NCBI GenBank assembly: GCA_963707915.1
Contig: OY970178.1
Coordinates: 32,001 to 96,000, forward strand
Direction: 5' to 3'
DNA from: Candidatus Eiseniibacteriota bacterium
GTDB taxonomy: Bacteria > Eisenbacteria > RBG-16-71-46
DNA: 64,000 nt
A program made the translations under genes and the position numbers. This document shows positions 50,333 to 60,193 of this stretch, piece by piece. The first letter of the stretch is position 1. Each line of letters begins with the position of its first letter. The notes under the pieces are model-generated. The model saw only the letters and a program-made list of their open reading frames with translations, ran no database searches and was not told the origin of the DNA.

Positions 50333-51858
50333 GACCGACCTCCCACCGTCATCTGCCGGATCTTGAAGGTCGGCGTGCCCGCGGTGACCGCCGCGGTCTG
50401 GCCATCCTTGCCGCAGGAGCCCAGGAAGAACGCCAGGTCGTTGCCGATCATCTCGACCTCTTTCAGGATCTGGACGTTGGTGCCGATCAGCGTGGCGTTC
50501 TTCACCGGCCGCGTGAGCTTGCCGTCCTCGATGGCGTAGCCGAGGTTGACCGAGAACGTGAACTTGCCGGTGTTCTCGACCATGCCGCCGGCGTAGCTGT
50601 CGGCGTAGAACCCCTTCTTGACCGACCGGATGATGTCCTCGGCGCTCGCCGTGCCGGGCGCGAGCACGGTGTTGTTCATGCGCGGGATCGGGACGTTGCT
50701 GAAGCTCTGGCGCCGCCCGTGCCCGTTGGGCGCGGTCTTCAGGATCCGCGCCGAGAGCCGGTCGTGCAGGTAGCTCACCAGCCGCCCGTTCTCGATCAGC
50801 ATCACCTTGCTGGTCGGCGTGCCCTCGTCGTCGATGTTGAGGCTGCCGCGGTAGTGCGGGATGGTGGCGTCGTCGTAGATCGTCACGCTCGGGTCGGCCA
50901 CCATCTGCCCCAGCTTGTCCCACATGATCGAGGTCTTCTGCCAGTTGCCGTCGGCCTCGAGCGGGTGGCCCACCGCCTCGTGGACCATCACCCCCGAGTG
51001 GAAGCGGCCCAGCACGACCGGCATCTCGCCCGGCGCCGGATCCGCGGCCGCGAGCAGGGTGACCGCCTCCTTCCCGGCCGCCTCGCCGATCTCCTTCGGG
51101 GTGGTGCCGGCGGTGCGGTAGAAGGTCATGCCGACGCGGCCGCCCCGGTTGCTGGAACCGGTGACGCGCTTGCCGTTCTCCTCGGCGGTCGCGCTCGCCC
51201 GCAGTCGCGCCTGCGGCCGCGCGTCGGAGACCATCAGCCCCTCGCTGTTGACGATGGTCACGCACTGCAGCGAGTCGCCGAGGCTGGCGACCACCTTGGT
51301 GATGCGTGGGTCGTGGGCCTTGGCCGCGGCGTAGGCCTCCTTGACCAGCGTGATCCGGTCGCCCAGCGGGGCTTCGGCGAACGGGCTGGCCATCAGGTAG
51401 ACCTGCCGGCCCGGCTCCACCGGCTTGATCGCGGCCGCGCGGACCCTGGCGCCCGACGAGGCGATCGCCGCGGCCGTCAGCGCGGCGCGTTTCATGGTCT
51501 CGGGCGAGAGGTCCGAGGTGTAGGCGTAGCCGGTCTGCTTGCCGTTCAGCACGCGGATCCCGACGCCGAGCGTGATGTCCTCGGCGGACTCGCGGATGAT
51601 GTCGTCCTCCATCACGACGGAGTTGTTCAGCGCGTACTCGAAGAACAGCTCGGCGAAGTCGCCGCCCTTGGAGAGGGCCGCCTCGAGCACCTTCTTCATG
51701 ACGTCCTTCGTGACCCCGAAGCGGCTCGCGAACAGTTCCTCGCCCGGCTTGAGGATCACCCCGGCGAACAGCTGGTCGTAGAACAGGCTCGAGAGCACGA
51801 CGGCCCCGGCCCCGGCCCCGGCGAGCTGGAGGAACTTCCGTCGTTCGATCGGCTTCAT
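50329..51858 (-). CDS. tldD: TldD metalloprotease with twin-arginine signal
   Basis: MKPIERRKFLQLAGAGAGAVVL; HEAVGHPLEAD, DDEG, PRMNNT, CGKDGQ. Confidence 0.93.
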   Translation of the reverse strand: MKPIERRKFLQLAGAGAGAVVLSSLFYDQLFAGVILKPGEELFASRFGVTKDVMKKVLEAALSKGGDFAELFFEYALNNSVVMEDDIIRESAEDITLGVGIRVLNGKQTGYAYTSDLSPETMKRAALTAAAIASSGARVRAAAIKPVEPGRQVYLMASPFAEAPLGDRITLVKEAYAAAKAHDPRITKVVASLGDSLQCVTIVNSEGLMVSDARPQARLRASATAEENGKRVTGSSNRGGRVGMTFYRTAGTTPKEIGEAAGKEAVTLLAAADPAPGEMPVVLGRFHSGVMVHEAVGHPLEADGNWQKTSIMWDKLGQMVADPSVTIYDDATIPHYRGSLNIDDEGTPTSKVMLIENGRLVSYLHDRLSARILKTAPNGHGRRQSFSNVPIPRMNNTVLAPGTASAEDIIRSVKKGFYADSYAGGMVENTGKFTFSVNLGYAIEDGKLTRPVKNATLIGTNVQILKEVEMIGNDLAFFLGSCGKDGQTAAVTAGTPTFKIRQMTVGGRS

Positions 51859-52133
51859 CCCTTGTTCCCTCCCCAGGAGAGCGTGGCGCACGGCGGCTGG
51901 AGCGCCGTCGTCGCGATGAGTGGATGCGGGATGATACGCGACCCGGCGCGCGGGGCCGGGGTGTCCGGGTGACGGAAGCGGGAATCCGCGTGACGAACGG
52001 GTGGCGGGCCGCGCGCCGGGCGCGACCCCGTGGACTTGCCGTGCGGGGCGCGATAGGCTGCGCTGTGGTTGCACGCAGGGTGCGCGGCCCCGCCCGCCCT
52101 GTCCTTGCCGGCCCCTGACCAGGAGGAACCCTG

Positions 52134-52994
52134 ATGCGCACGAATGTCTCCACCGCCGTGCTGGCTGCGGTCCTTGCCACCGCGCTGCTCGCACCGGCCG
52201 CCCACGCGCAGCTCAAGCTGCCGCGCGTGAGCCCGGCCGCCACCGTGACGCAGACGATCGGCCTCACCGACCTCACCGTGGCCTACTGCCGTCCGGGCGT
52301 GAAGGGCCGTGTGATCTGGGGCGACCTGGTGCCCTACGACACGCCCTGGCGCACGGGTGCGAACGAGGCGACCCGCTTCACCACCACCGATCCGATCCAG
52401 TTCGGCGGCAAGGAACTCGCCGCCGGCACCTACTCGCTCTTCACCATCCCGGGCAAGGACGAGTGGATCGTGGTGATCAACTCCGAGAAGGACCTGTGGG
52501 GCGCCTACGAGTACAAGCCGGAGAAGGACGTGATGCGCGTCACGGTGAAGCCCACCGTCGTCGAGCCCCAGGAGTGGATGGAGTTCACGTTCGAGGACCT
52601 GACGGCCAACTCCGCGAACCTGGTGCTGCGCTGGGAGAAGCTGCGCGTCGCGGTGCCGGTCGTGGTGGACGCGAACGGCAAGACGCTGGCGGGCGCCCGC
52701 GCGGCAATCGAGGCGGCGAAGAGCGACGACTGGCGCACGCCCTACCAGGCCGCGAACTTCTGCTTCACCAACGACGTGGCGCTCGAGGAAGGCTGGAAGT
52801 GGCTCGAGAAGTCGGTCGCGGTCCAGCCGACTTGGCAGAACCTGGGCCTGCAGGCGCGCTGGCAGGCGAAGCAGGGCAACAAGGCCGAGGCGCTCAAGAC
52901 CGCCGGGAAGGCGCTCGAGCTGGCGAAGGCGAGCAAGGACAAGGTCGACACCAGCGCGCTCGAGAAGCTGATGGCGGAGTGGAAGGCCAAGTAG
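52134..52994 (+). CDS. Secreted DUF2911 protein with C-terminal TPR-like helices
   Basis: AGGAGG RBS; LPRVSP.A.V.QTIG, Y.RP..KGR.IWG.LVPY..WRTGANEAT, GTYSLFTIP. Confidence 0.9.
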   Translation: MRTNVSTAVLAAVLATALLAPAAHAQLKLPRVSPAATVTQTIGLTDLTVAYCRPGVKGRVIWGDLVPYDTPWRTGANEATRFTTTDPIQFGGKELAAGTYSLFTIPGKDEWIVVINSEKDLWGAYEYKPEKDVMRVTVKPTVVEPQEWMEFTFEDLTANSANLVLRWEKLRVAVPVVVDANGKTLAGARAAIEAAKSDDWRTPYQAANFCFTNDVALEEGWKWLEKSVAVQPTWQNLGLQARWQAKQGNKAEALKTAGKALELAKASKDKVDTSALEKLMAEWKAK

Positions 52995-53013
52995 CGACCG
53001 TTTCGCGCACGAC

Positions 53014-53049
53014 ACGAACGCCCGCGGCCATCCGGCTGCGGGCGTTCGT
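53014..53049. terminator. Probable bidirectional terminator
   Basis: 16-bp stem ACGAACGCCCGCGGCC/GGCTGCGGGCGTTCGT between convergent genes. Confidence 0.6.
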
Positions 53050-53082
53050 CTTGCGGCGCAGCCGTTGCGGGCGGCGGAGCCG

Positions 53083-54786
53083 TCAGGCGGTGGCCGCGCG
53101 CGAGGCCGGGCGTGGCTCGAACGGGCTCAGCGCGAGGCCGACGAGCATCACCACCGCGCAGCCAACGAGGTTGTACCAGAGGAACGAGATGTGGGTGTAG
53201 TGGAAGCAGGCGAGCACGCAGGCCTCGCCCGCGATCGCCCCGGCGAAGACCGCGCGCGCGCCCACCCGCCTCAGGTAGAACGCGGTGAGGAAGATGCCGA
53301 GGATGGTGCCGTAGAACAGCGAACCCAGGATGTTCACCGCCTCGATCAGCGAGCCGAGCCGGCTCGCGTACTCGGCGAAGGCGACCGCGAACGCGGTCCA
53401 GCCCACGGTGAGCCACCGCGACCAGCGCACCTCGTGGCCGCCGACGCCCCCGCGGCGGAAGTGCCGCACCACGTCGACCAGCGAGGTCGAGGCCAGCGCG
53501 TTGAGTTCCGAGGAGGTGGAGTTCATCGACGCCGCGAAGATCGCCGCCAGCAGCAGCCCCACGACGCCCGCCGGCAGGACGTGCAGCACGAACCAGAGGA
53601 AGACGTAGTTGGTGTCGCTGGTCTGCGTGCCGGGAGCGGCGCGGCGGATGAGCGCCTCGGTCTCGCCGCGCAGGGCCGTCGCGGCCCGGCGGGTGTCGGC
53701 GAGCGCGCCGGCCGCGGCGTTCTCCGCGCCGCCGTCGCGCGCCTTCCGCGCGGCGACGACCGCGCGCGCCGCCTCGGCCGCGGTCGCATCGGTTGCGCGG
53801 TGGCGCGCCTCGAGCGAACGCCACTCGGTCGCGTAGGGCCCGCTCGCGATGCGCGCCGAGACGACGGGGTTGAAGAACAGCGGCGCGGGCGCGAACAGGT
53901 AGAACACGGCCAGCATTGCCCCGAGGAACAGGATGCCGAGCTGCATCGGCACCTTGAGCAGCCCGTTGGCGAGCAGCGCGAGCCGGCTGGCGCGCACCGA
54001 GTGGCCGCCGAGATAGCGCCCCACCTGCGACTGGTCGGTGCCGAAGTAGGAGAGCTGCAGGAAGAACCCGCCGATCAGTCCGGACCACAGGTTGTAGCGG
54101 TCGTCGAGATCGAAGCGGGTCTGGATCGGGTTGAGCCGCCCCAGCCGCCCGGCCAGCGCGGTGGCGTCCCCGATGCCGACGCCCTGCGGCAGCGCGCGCA
54201 GGATCAGCGCGAACGCCAGCCCCATCGCGCCCATGATGACGAGGAACTGCAGCGCGTGCGCGTGACCCACCGCCTTGCTGCCGCCCCAGGCGGTGTAGGC
54301 CACGGCCAGTGCGCCGAGCAGGGCGCAGGTCCAGGGCAGCTCCCAGTCGAGCAACACCGAGAGCACCAGCGCCGGCGCGTAGATCGTGAGCCCCACCGCG
54401 AGTCCGCGCTGCACCAGGAAGAGCGCGGCGGTCAGCAGGCGCGTGCGCCGGTCGAAGCGGTGCTCGAGGTACTCGTAGGCGGTGAACACCTTCATGCGGT
54501 GGTAGGCCGGCACCATCGTGAGGCACAGCACCACCATGGCGAGCGGCAGGCCGAAGTAGAACTGCACGAAACGCAGCCCGTCGGCGAAGCCCTGCCCCGG
54601 CGTCGAGAGGAAGGTGATGGCGCTGGCCTGGGTCGCCATCACCGAGAGCAGCACGGTGATGCCGCGCAGCTCGCGGTTGGCCAGCAGGTAGCCCTTCAGG
54701 TCGTGCGTGCCGCGCCCGCGCCACAGGCCGTAGGCGACGAAGACTCCCAGCGTGGCGAACAGAACCACCCAGTCGAGCGGTGTCAT
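53083..54786 (-). CDS. Sodium:solute symporter family protein
   Basis: SVMATQASAITFLSTPGQ, TAYEYLE.RFD, YFGTDQSQVGRY, AASMNSTSSELNAL. Confidence 0.92.
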   Translation of the reverse strand: MTPLDWVVLFATLGVFVAYGLWRGRGTHDLKGYLLANRELRGITVLLSVMATQASAITFLSTPGQGFADGLRFVQFYFGLPLAMVVLCLTMVPAYHRMKVFTAYEYLEHRFDRRTRLLTAALFLVQRGLAVGLTIYAPALVLSVLLDWELPWTCALLGALAVAYTAWGGSKAVGHAHALQFLVIMGAMGLAFALILRALPQGVGIGDATALAGRLGRLNPIQTRFDLDDRYNLWSGLIGGFFLQLSYFGTDQSQVGRYLGGHSVRASRLALLANGLLKVPMQLGILFLGAMLAVFYLFAPAPLFFNPVVSARIASGPYATEWRSLEARHRATDATAAEAARAVVAARKARDGGAENAAAGALADTRRAATALRGETEALIRRAAPGTQTSDTNYVFLWFVLHVLPAGVVGLLLAAIFAASMNSTSSELNALASTSLVDVVRHFRRGGVGGHEVRWSRWLTVGWTAFAVAFAEYASRLGSLIEAVNILGSLFYGTILGIFLTAFYLRRVGARAVFAGAIAGEACVLACFHYTHISFLWYNLVGCAVVMLVGLALSPFEPRPASRAATA

Positions 54787-54844
54787 GTTTCGGGCGCGGC
54801 CCGTGCCGGGCCGGGAAGGCGCGCGCCGGGAGCGGCCGCCCCGC

Positions 54845-57421
54845 TCACCGCGGCGCGCTCACCAGGTTCGCGAACAGGCGCCACGCGCCGGGCACGCCCG
54901 CCGGCAGCTGGCGGAACAGGGCGAGCGCGGTGTAGACGAACACGCCCTTGCCGTAGTTCGCGCAGAGCAGGCCGCCGTCCCGCGGCGGCTCGCCGGGGTC
55001 GTTCGCGGACAGCACCGCCTCGTAGCGCGGGTCCCAGGGGCCCGCGTAGTTCAGGCCGCGCTCCTGCACCCAGCCCGCGAAGTCGCTGCTCGTGATCGGG
55101 TTGGGTGTGCGCAACAGCGGGTGCGCGGGCTGGAGGAAGCGCATCTCGGCGTCCTCGACCGCCACGCGGTCGCGGGATATGCGCAGCGGCCACGGCCCGA
55201 GCCGGTCGTTCAGCGCGTCGTCGCTGGTGCAGTACTGCACCACCAGCCGGCCGCCGTTCTTCACGTACTCGAGCAGCCGCGGCTGGAGCACGCGCAGCCG
55301 GGGCCGCGTGTTGTAGGCGCGCACTCCGGCGACGATGCAATCGAAGCGGGACAGGTCCGCGCTCTCGACCGCGTCGTCGTCGAGCAGCGTGACATCGAAG
55401 CCCATCTGGCGCAGCGCGTCCGGCCCCTGGTCCCCGGGTCCCATCAGGTAGGCGACCCACTGGCCGCGCTTCGCGAGGTCGGTGTGCACCAGGTGCGCCT
55501 CGCAGGGCGAGAGCAGCGCCTGGATCGGGACGTGCGGGTAGTCGATGCGGGTGAGGCTGCCGGCGTAGCGACGGCCCTGGACCTCGACCTCGCCGCCGAT
55601 GACGCCGGTCTGCGGTCCGGGCCCCGCCGTGACGCGGAAGCGCACGACCTGTTCGGCGCCCGCCTCGAGCGCCACCGGTGATTCGACGGGCACCGCACTC
55701 CAGCCCGCGGGCAGCTTCAGTCGCGCGACGCCCGTGAGCGGCGCGCGGGTGCTCTGCACCGCCAGGCGCACTTCGCGTGGCCCTGGAGCGGCGAACAGGT
55801 AAGCGCTCTGGTCGAGCTGGCAGGTGACGGGCGGCAGCACTTCGACCGCGCGATAGCGGTCGCCGTAGACGCGGTCGGTCCACTTGAACGCGACCGGCAC
55901 GTCGAAGGTGACCGGCTCGCCGTCGAAGTTCACGATCACGCGTGCCGTGAGCGCCGGCGCTTCCTCCGGCTCGACCACCAGCAGCGGGTCGGCGACCTCG
56001 AACGAGCCGGCGAGCGGGCGCTCGCGCAGCCAGTAGGGCTGCGTGAACGGCAGGTCGGCGGGCAGGACCAGACTCCCCAGGACCACGGCCGGCCGTTGCG
56101 CGACCAGCGCGCGCGCCACGCTGTCGGCGGGCGCGGTGGGGTCGGGCTGCGGGCGCGGTGGCGTGGCGCCGGGGCCCGACGGCGCCGCCGGCGGCGCCGG
56201 CAGCGCGTGGAACGCGCGCGCGCCGAAGGGCAGTGCGACGCGGTCCAGCGTGAGCGGCGCGGGCGTGCGGGTGATCGCCGTCAGCGTGACGCGCAGCGTG
56301 TCGCCGGGCGAGAGCGTGGGCGTCTCGGCCAGTGCGTCGATCCACAGGCCGGCGCACGAGCGCATGACGTTCTCGAGTTCCAGGCGCTTCACGCGCACCA
56401 GCGGCTCGTCCGGCACTTCGGCCAGCGCCCGATGGGCCCGGGCCAGCGTCGGCAGGATCTCCCACGGCCGGTCGGGGTCGAAGCGCGCCTCGGCATCACG
56501 CAGCAGTGCCGCTAGCGCCGCTCCGCCTTCGACGCGCGACCAGTCGAGCGTGACGCCGTCGAACAGTTCCCTGGTGGCCGGTTCGCCGTCCAGGTGCTGG
56601 AAGGTCTCGGTGACGGTGCCGCGCCGCTCGCGCGTGCCGGCGCCCTGGCTGCGGTTGAGGCTGCGCGCGCGGCCGCCCAGCTCGGAGTAGGAGAGACCCA
56701 GCTCGGGATCGTAGGCCCCCGCGTCGAGCGTGACCGGTTTCGGCGCGTTCGGATCCTGGCTCGTCATCCAGGTGTTCCAGACCAGGCGCTTCGCCTGCCA
56801 GGTCGTCACGAATCGCAGCTGCTCGGGGAAGCGGGTCGAGTCGGCCGCGGCGCGGAACGCCTCGCCCGCGAGGATCGCCGAGGCGGTGTGGTGGCCGTGT
56901 CCGCTGCCGCTCGCGTCCGTGCCGAAGCGCGACACGAGGACGTCGGGGCGGTAGCGCCGGATCGCCCACACGACGTCCGCCAGGACGCGGTCGTGCCCCC
57001 AGAAGGCGAGCGCCTCTTCGGCGCTCTTGGAGAAGCCGTAGTCGAGCGCTCGGGTGAAGTACTGCTCCGCGCCGTCCACGCGGCGCGAGGCCAGCAGTTC
57101 CTGGGTGCGCAGCACGCCGAGCGCGTTGCCGGTCTCGGCGCCGAGGATGTTCTGGCCGCCGTCGCCGCGGGTGAGCGAGAGGTACGCGGCGCGCACCATG
57201 CGGCCGCGCGAGAGGTACGCGAGCAGCGTGGTGTTGTCGTCGTCGGGGTGCGCGCCGATGTACAGCAGGCTGCCGGTGACCTGCAGCCGGCGCAGGGCGA
57301 CGCGCAGTTCGCCGGCATCGAGGGCATCGGCCGGGCGCGGGTCCGCGCCGGCGCAGAGCGCGGTCACGGCCAGCAGCACGGCCGGGAGCATGGCGACGAG
57401 AGATCTCAGGAACCTGGGCAT
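54845..57421 (-). CDS. Exported PIG-L/LmbE deacetylase with Ig/NEW3-like and class I GATase-like domains
   Basis: Signal peptide; GAHPDDD, TRGDGGQN, RTQELL, DYGFSK, GHGHH; C-terminal GVRAYN..WVQERG..QLPAGVPGA. Confidence 0.9.
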   Translation of the reverse strand: MPRFLRSLVAMLPAVLLAVTALCAGADPRPADALDAGELRVALRRLQVTGSLLYIGAHPDDDNTTLLAYLSRGRMVRAAYLSLTRGDGGQNILGAETGNALGVLRTQELLASRRVDGAEQYFTRALDYGFSKSAEEALAFWGHDRVLADVVWAIRRYRPDVLVSRFGTDASGSGHGHHTASAILAGEAFRAAADSTRFPEQLRFVTTWQAKRLVWNTWMTSQDPNAPKPVTLDAGAYDPELGLSYSELGGRARSLNRSQGAGTRERRGTVTETFQHLDGEPATRELFDGVTLDWSRVEGGAALAALLRDAEARFDPDRPWEILPTLARAHRALAEVPDEPLVRVKRLELENVMRSCAGLWIDALAETPTLSPGDTLRVTLTAITRTPAPLTLDRVALPFGARAFHALPAPPAAPSGPGATPPRPQPDPTAPADSVARALVAQRPAVVLGSLVLPADLPFTQPYWLRERPLAGSFEVADPLLVVEPEEAPALTARVIVNFDGEPVTFDVPVAFKWTDRVYGDRYRAVEVLPPVTCQLDQSAYLFAAPGPREVRLAVQSTRAPLTGVARLKLPAGWSAVPVESPVALEAGAEQVVRFRVTAGPGPQTGVIGGEVEVQGRRYAGSLTRIDYPHVPIQALLSPCEAHLVHTDLAKRGQWVAYLMGPGDQGPDALRQMGFDVTLLDDDAVESADLSRFDCIVAGVRAYNTRPRLRVLQPRLLEYVKNGGRLVVQYCTSDDALNDRLGPWPLRISRDRVAVEDAEMRFLQPAHPLLRTPNPITSSDFAGWVQERGLNYAGPWDPRYEAVLSANDPGEPPRDGGLLCANYGKGVFVYTALALFRQLPAGVPGAWRLFANLVSAPR

Positions 57422-57715
57422 GCCGGAACGTCCTTCGCAGGAGCCGCGGGAGTCTTCGCGCAGCCGCCCGGCGGAACCCCGGAGGCTGCGTTCGATCGTG
57501 GACGAGGCATCCTACCGCAAGGTTGGCGCGCCGGGCGAGCGTGGATCGAAGGGGCGCGGCCGGTGCCCGTATCCCTTGGCAAGGCTGTGACGCACCCTTG
57601 CGCCCAGGCTTCCATCAGAAGGGTAGGAAGCAGACGGACGCCTGATCCCTGTTGCCCTGTGAGCCCTGCGACCCGGCCCGGCCTGTGCGGCGCCGGCATG
57701 AAGGGGGTTGTTGCC

Positions 57716-58582
57716 ATGACGATTGTGAAGCCCGTACTCGAGATCTCCGGGCCGCTCTCGACCCACTGGGTCGGGAACGGCTTCCCCGTCCGCACGCTGA
57801 TCTCCCCCCAGGTCCAGGGCGTCAGCCCGTTCCTGCTGCTCGACTACGCCGGTCCCCGCGAGTTCGCCCCCACCGAGGAGCGGCGCGGCGTCGAGGAGCA
57901 CCCACATCGGGGATTCGAGACCGTGACCATCGTCTACCAGGGCGCGCTCGAGCATCGCGACTCGGCCGGCCACCGCGGCCGGATCGGGCCCGGCGACGTG
58001 CAGTGGATGACCGCCGCCTCGGGCATCGTCCACGAAGAGCTGCACGAGCGCGAGTTCGCGCGGCGCGGCGGCGTGTTCGAGGTGGTGCAGCTCTGGGTGA
58101 ACCTGCCGGCGGCGCAGAAGATGTCGTCGCCCCGCTACCAGGAGCTGGCCGAGGCCCGCATCCCGGTCGTCAGCCTGCCCGGCGGCGCGTACGTGCGGGT
58201 CATCGCCGGCGCGTGCGGGGGCGTCGCCGGCGCGGCGCGCACCGTGACTCCGATGAACGTCTGGGACGTCCGGGTCGCGGCCGGCCGGAAGGCGGACCTC
58301 GAGATCCCCGCCGGGCACAGCGCGGTGCTGGCGCTGCTCCGGGGCGAACTGGTCGTGGATGGCCGGGAACGCCTGGCGGGCCCGCAGACCGCGCGGTTGG
58401 GGCGCGACGGCGACCGGGTCGTGCTCGAGGCGCAGAGCGACGCCGGCCTGTTGCTGCTCACGGGCGAGCCGCTGGAGGAGCCGATCGCCAGCTACGGTCC
58501 GTTCGTGATGAACACCGAGGCCGAGCTGCACCAGGCGTTCGAGGACTACCGCAGCGGGAAGATGGGGCACCTGGCCGGCTGA
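57716..58582 (+). CDS. Pirin family protein
   Basis: SPFLLLD, HPHRGFETVT, HRDS.G, QWMTAASGIVHEE, QLWVNLP, YGPFVMNT. Confidence 0.94.
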   Translation: MTIVKPVLEISGPLSTHWVGNGFPVRTLISPQVQGVSPFLLLDYAGPREFAPTEERRGVEEHPHRGFETVTIVYQGALEHRDSAGHRGRIGPGDVQWMTAASGIVHEELHEREFARRGGVFEVVQLWVNLPAAQKMSSPRYQELAEARIPVVSLPGGAYVRVIAGACGGVAGAARTVTPMNVWDVRVAAGRKADLEIPAGHSAVLALLRGELVVDGRERLAGPQTARLGRDGDRVVLEAQSDAGLLLLTGEPLEEPIASYGPFVMNTEAELHQAFEDYRSGKMGHLAG

Positions 58583-58664
58583 GGCACCTGCCGGCCGCCG
58601 TCTCCCCGCGCGGGATGTTCGAAACCAGTCTACAGGCCGGGCCGCGTGAAGGGAGATCAGACAG

Positions 58665-60091
58665 ATGGCTGACGTGAGCGTAAGGACACGCGAAGGCGCG
58701 ACGACCGTCATCGCCTCCACGGCGATCGAAGGGCTGCGTGGCAGGCTGCGCGGCCCGGTGTGCCTCCCGGGCGAGCCCGGATACGAGCAGGCGCGCACCC
58801 TCTGGAATGCCATGATCGACCGCCACCCCGCGCTGGTGGTGCGCGCCGCCGGAACCGCCGACGTCATCCAGACCGTCGGCTTCGCTCGCGAGCACGGCCT
58901 GATGCTGGCAGTGCGAGGGGGTGGCCACAACATCGCCGGCCTGGCGGTGTGCGAGGGCGGACTGCTGCTCGACCTGTCCACGCTGAAGTCGGTCCGTGTG
59001 GACCCGGAGGGTCGCACGGCGCGCGTCGAGCCGGGGGCGACCTTGGGGGATTTCGACCGCGAGGCGCAGGCATTCGGGCTCGCCACCCCGCTCGGCATCA
59101 ACTCGACGACGGGGGTCGGGGGACTCACTCTGGGAGGCGGTTTCGGCTGGCTGAGCCGGAAGTACGGGCTGGCGATCGACAACCTGCTCTCCGCTGACGT
59201 GGTTTCCGCCGACGGCAGGCTGCTCAAGGCGAGCGCCCAGGAGAACCCCGACCTGTTCTGGGCGATCCGCGGCGGGGGCGGGAACTTCGGCGTGGTGACT
59301 TCGTTCGAGTTCCGGCTGCACCCGGTCGGGCCGGAGGTGATCGCCGGGCTCATCGTCCACCCGTTGTCGGAGGCGAAGTCACTGCTCGAAGGATATCGCC
59401 GGATCGTGGCCGCCGCGCCCGACGAGCTGACCTGCTGGGTGGTGCTGCGCAAGGCGCCGCCGCTGCCGTTCCTGCCGCCGGAGGTCCACGGCACCGGGGT
59501 CATGGTCCTCGCCGTCTGCCATTCCGGCGACCTGCAGTCCGGGAGGAAGGCGATCGCCCCGCTGCAGGCGCTGGGCAAGCCCATCGCCGACGTGACCGGG
59601 CCCACCCCGTTCGCGGGCTGGCAGACCGCGTTCGATCCCCTGCTCACGCCCGGGGCGAGGAACTACTGGAAGTCCCACAACTTCGTCCGCTCGGTGACGG
59701 CGCGATCGACGTGCTGGTCGACCAGGCCGGCCGTCTCCCGTCGCCCGAATGCGAGGTCTTCGTCGGCAGCCTGGGGCGCGCGGTGAATCGGGTCCCGGCG
59801 ACCGCGACCGCCTACCCGCACCGCGACGTCGAGTTCGTGGTGAACATCCACACGCGCTGGCGCGATCAAGCGCAGGACCCGGAGTGCACCGCCTGGGCGC
59901 GGGGAGCGTTCGATGCGCTGGCGCCCCATGCCACCGGCGGGGTCTACGTGAACTTCATGCCCGAGGACGAGAGCCAGCGGGTCCAGGCTGGCGCCTACGG
60001 GCCCAACTACGCGCGGTTGGCGAAGCTCAAGGCGACGTATGACCCGCAGAACCTGTTCCGCCAGAACCACAACGTGCAGCCGGTGAAGTAG
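58665..60091 (+). pseudogene. FAD-linked oxidoreductase (BBE-like) with one frameshift near 59688
   Basis: RGGGHN, GLTLGGGFG, DLFWAIRGGGGNFGVVT in the first frame; YVNF..AYG.NY.RL..LK..YDP.NLF in the second; one base missing after TTC GTC. Confidence 0.85.
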
Positions 60092-60193
60092 TCCAGCGCG
60101 GATCGAGTTCCCCCACGGGCGGGCCCGGGACCATTCGGCCTCCGGGCCCGTGCCGGTCCTCGACCCGTGGGCGCGCACGGGCGCCGCGCCGGC

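Noticed and set aside
48998..52276. 1092-aa ORF suggesting a giant TldE fusion; similar N-terminal extensions on 19649, 20797, 22104, 23339, 30979 and 56594
   Set aside because: The extensions are off-frame reads through upstream genes; true starts are at ATGA overlaps or RBS sites
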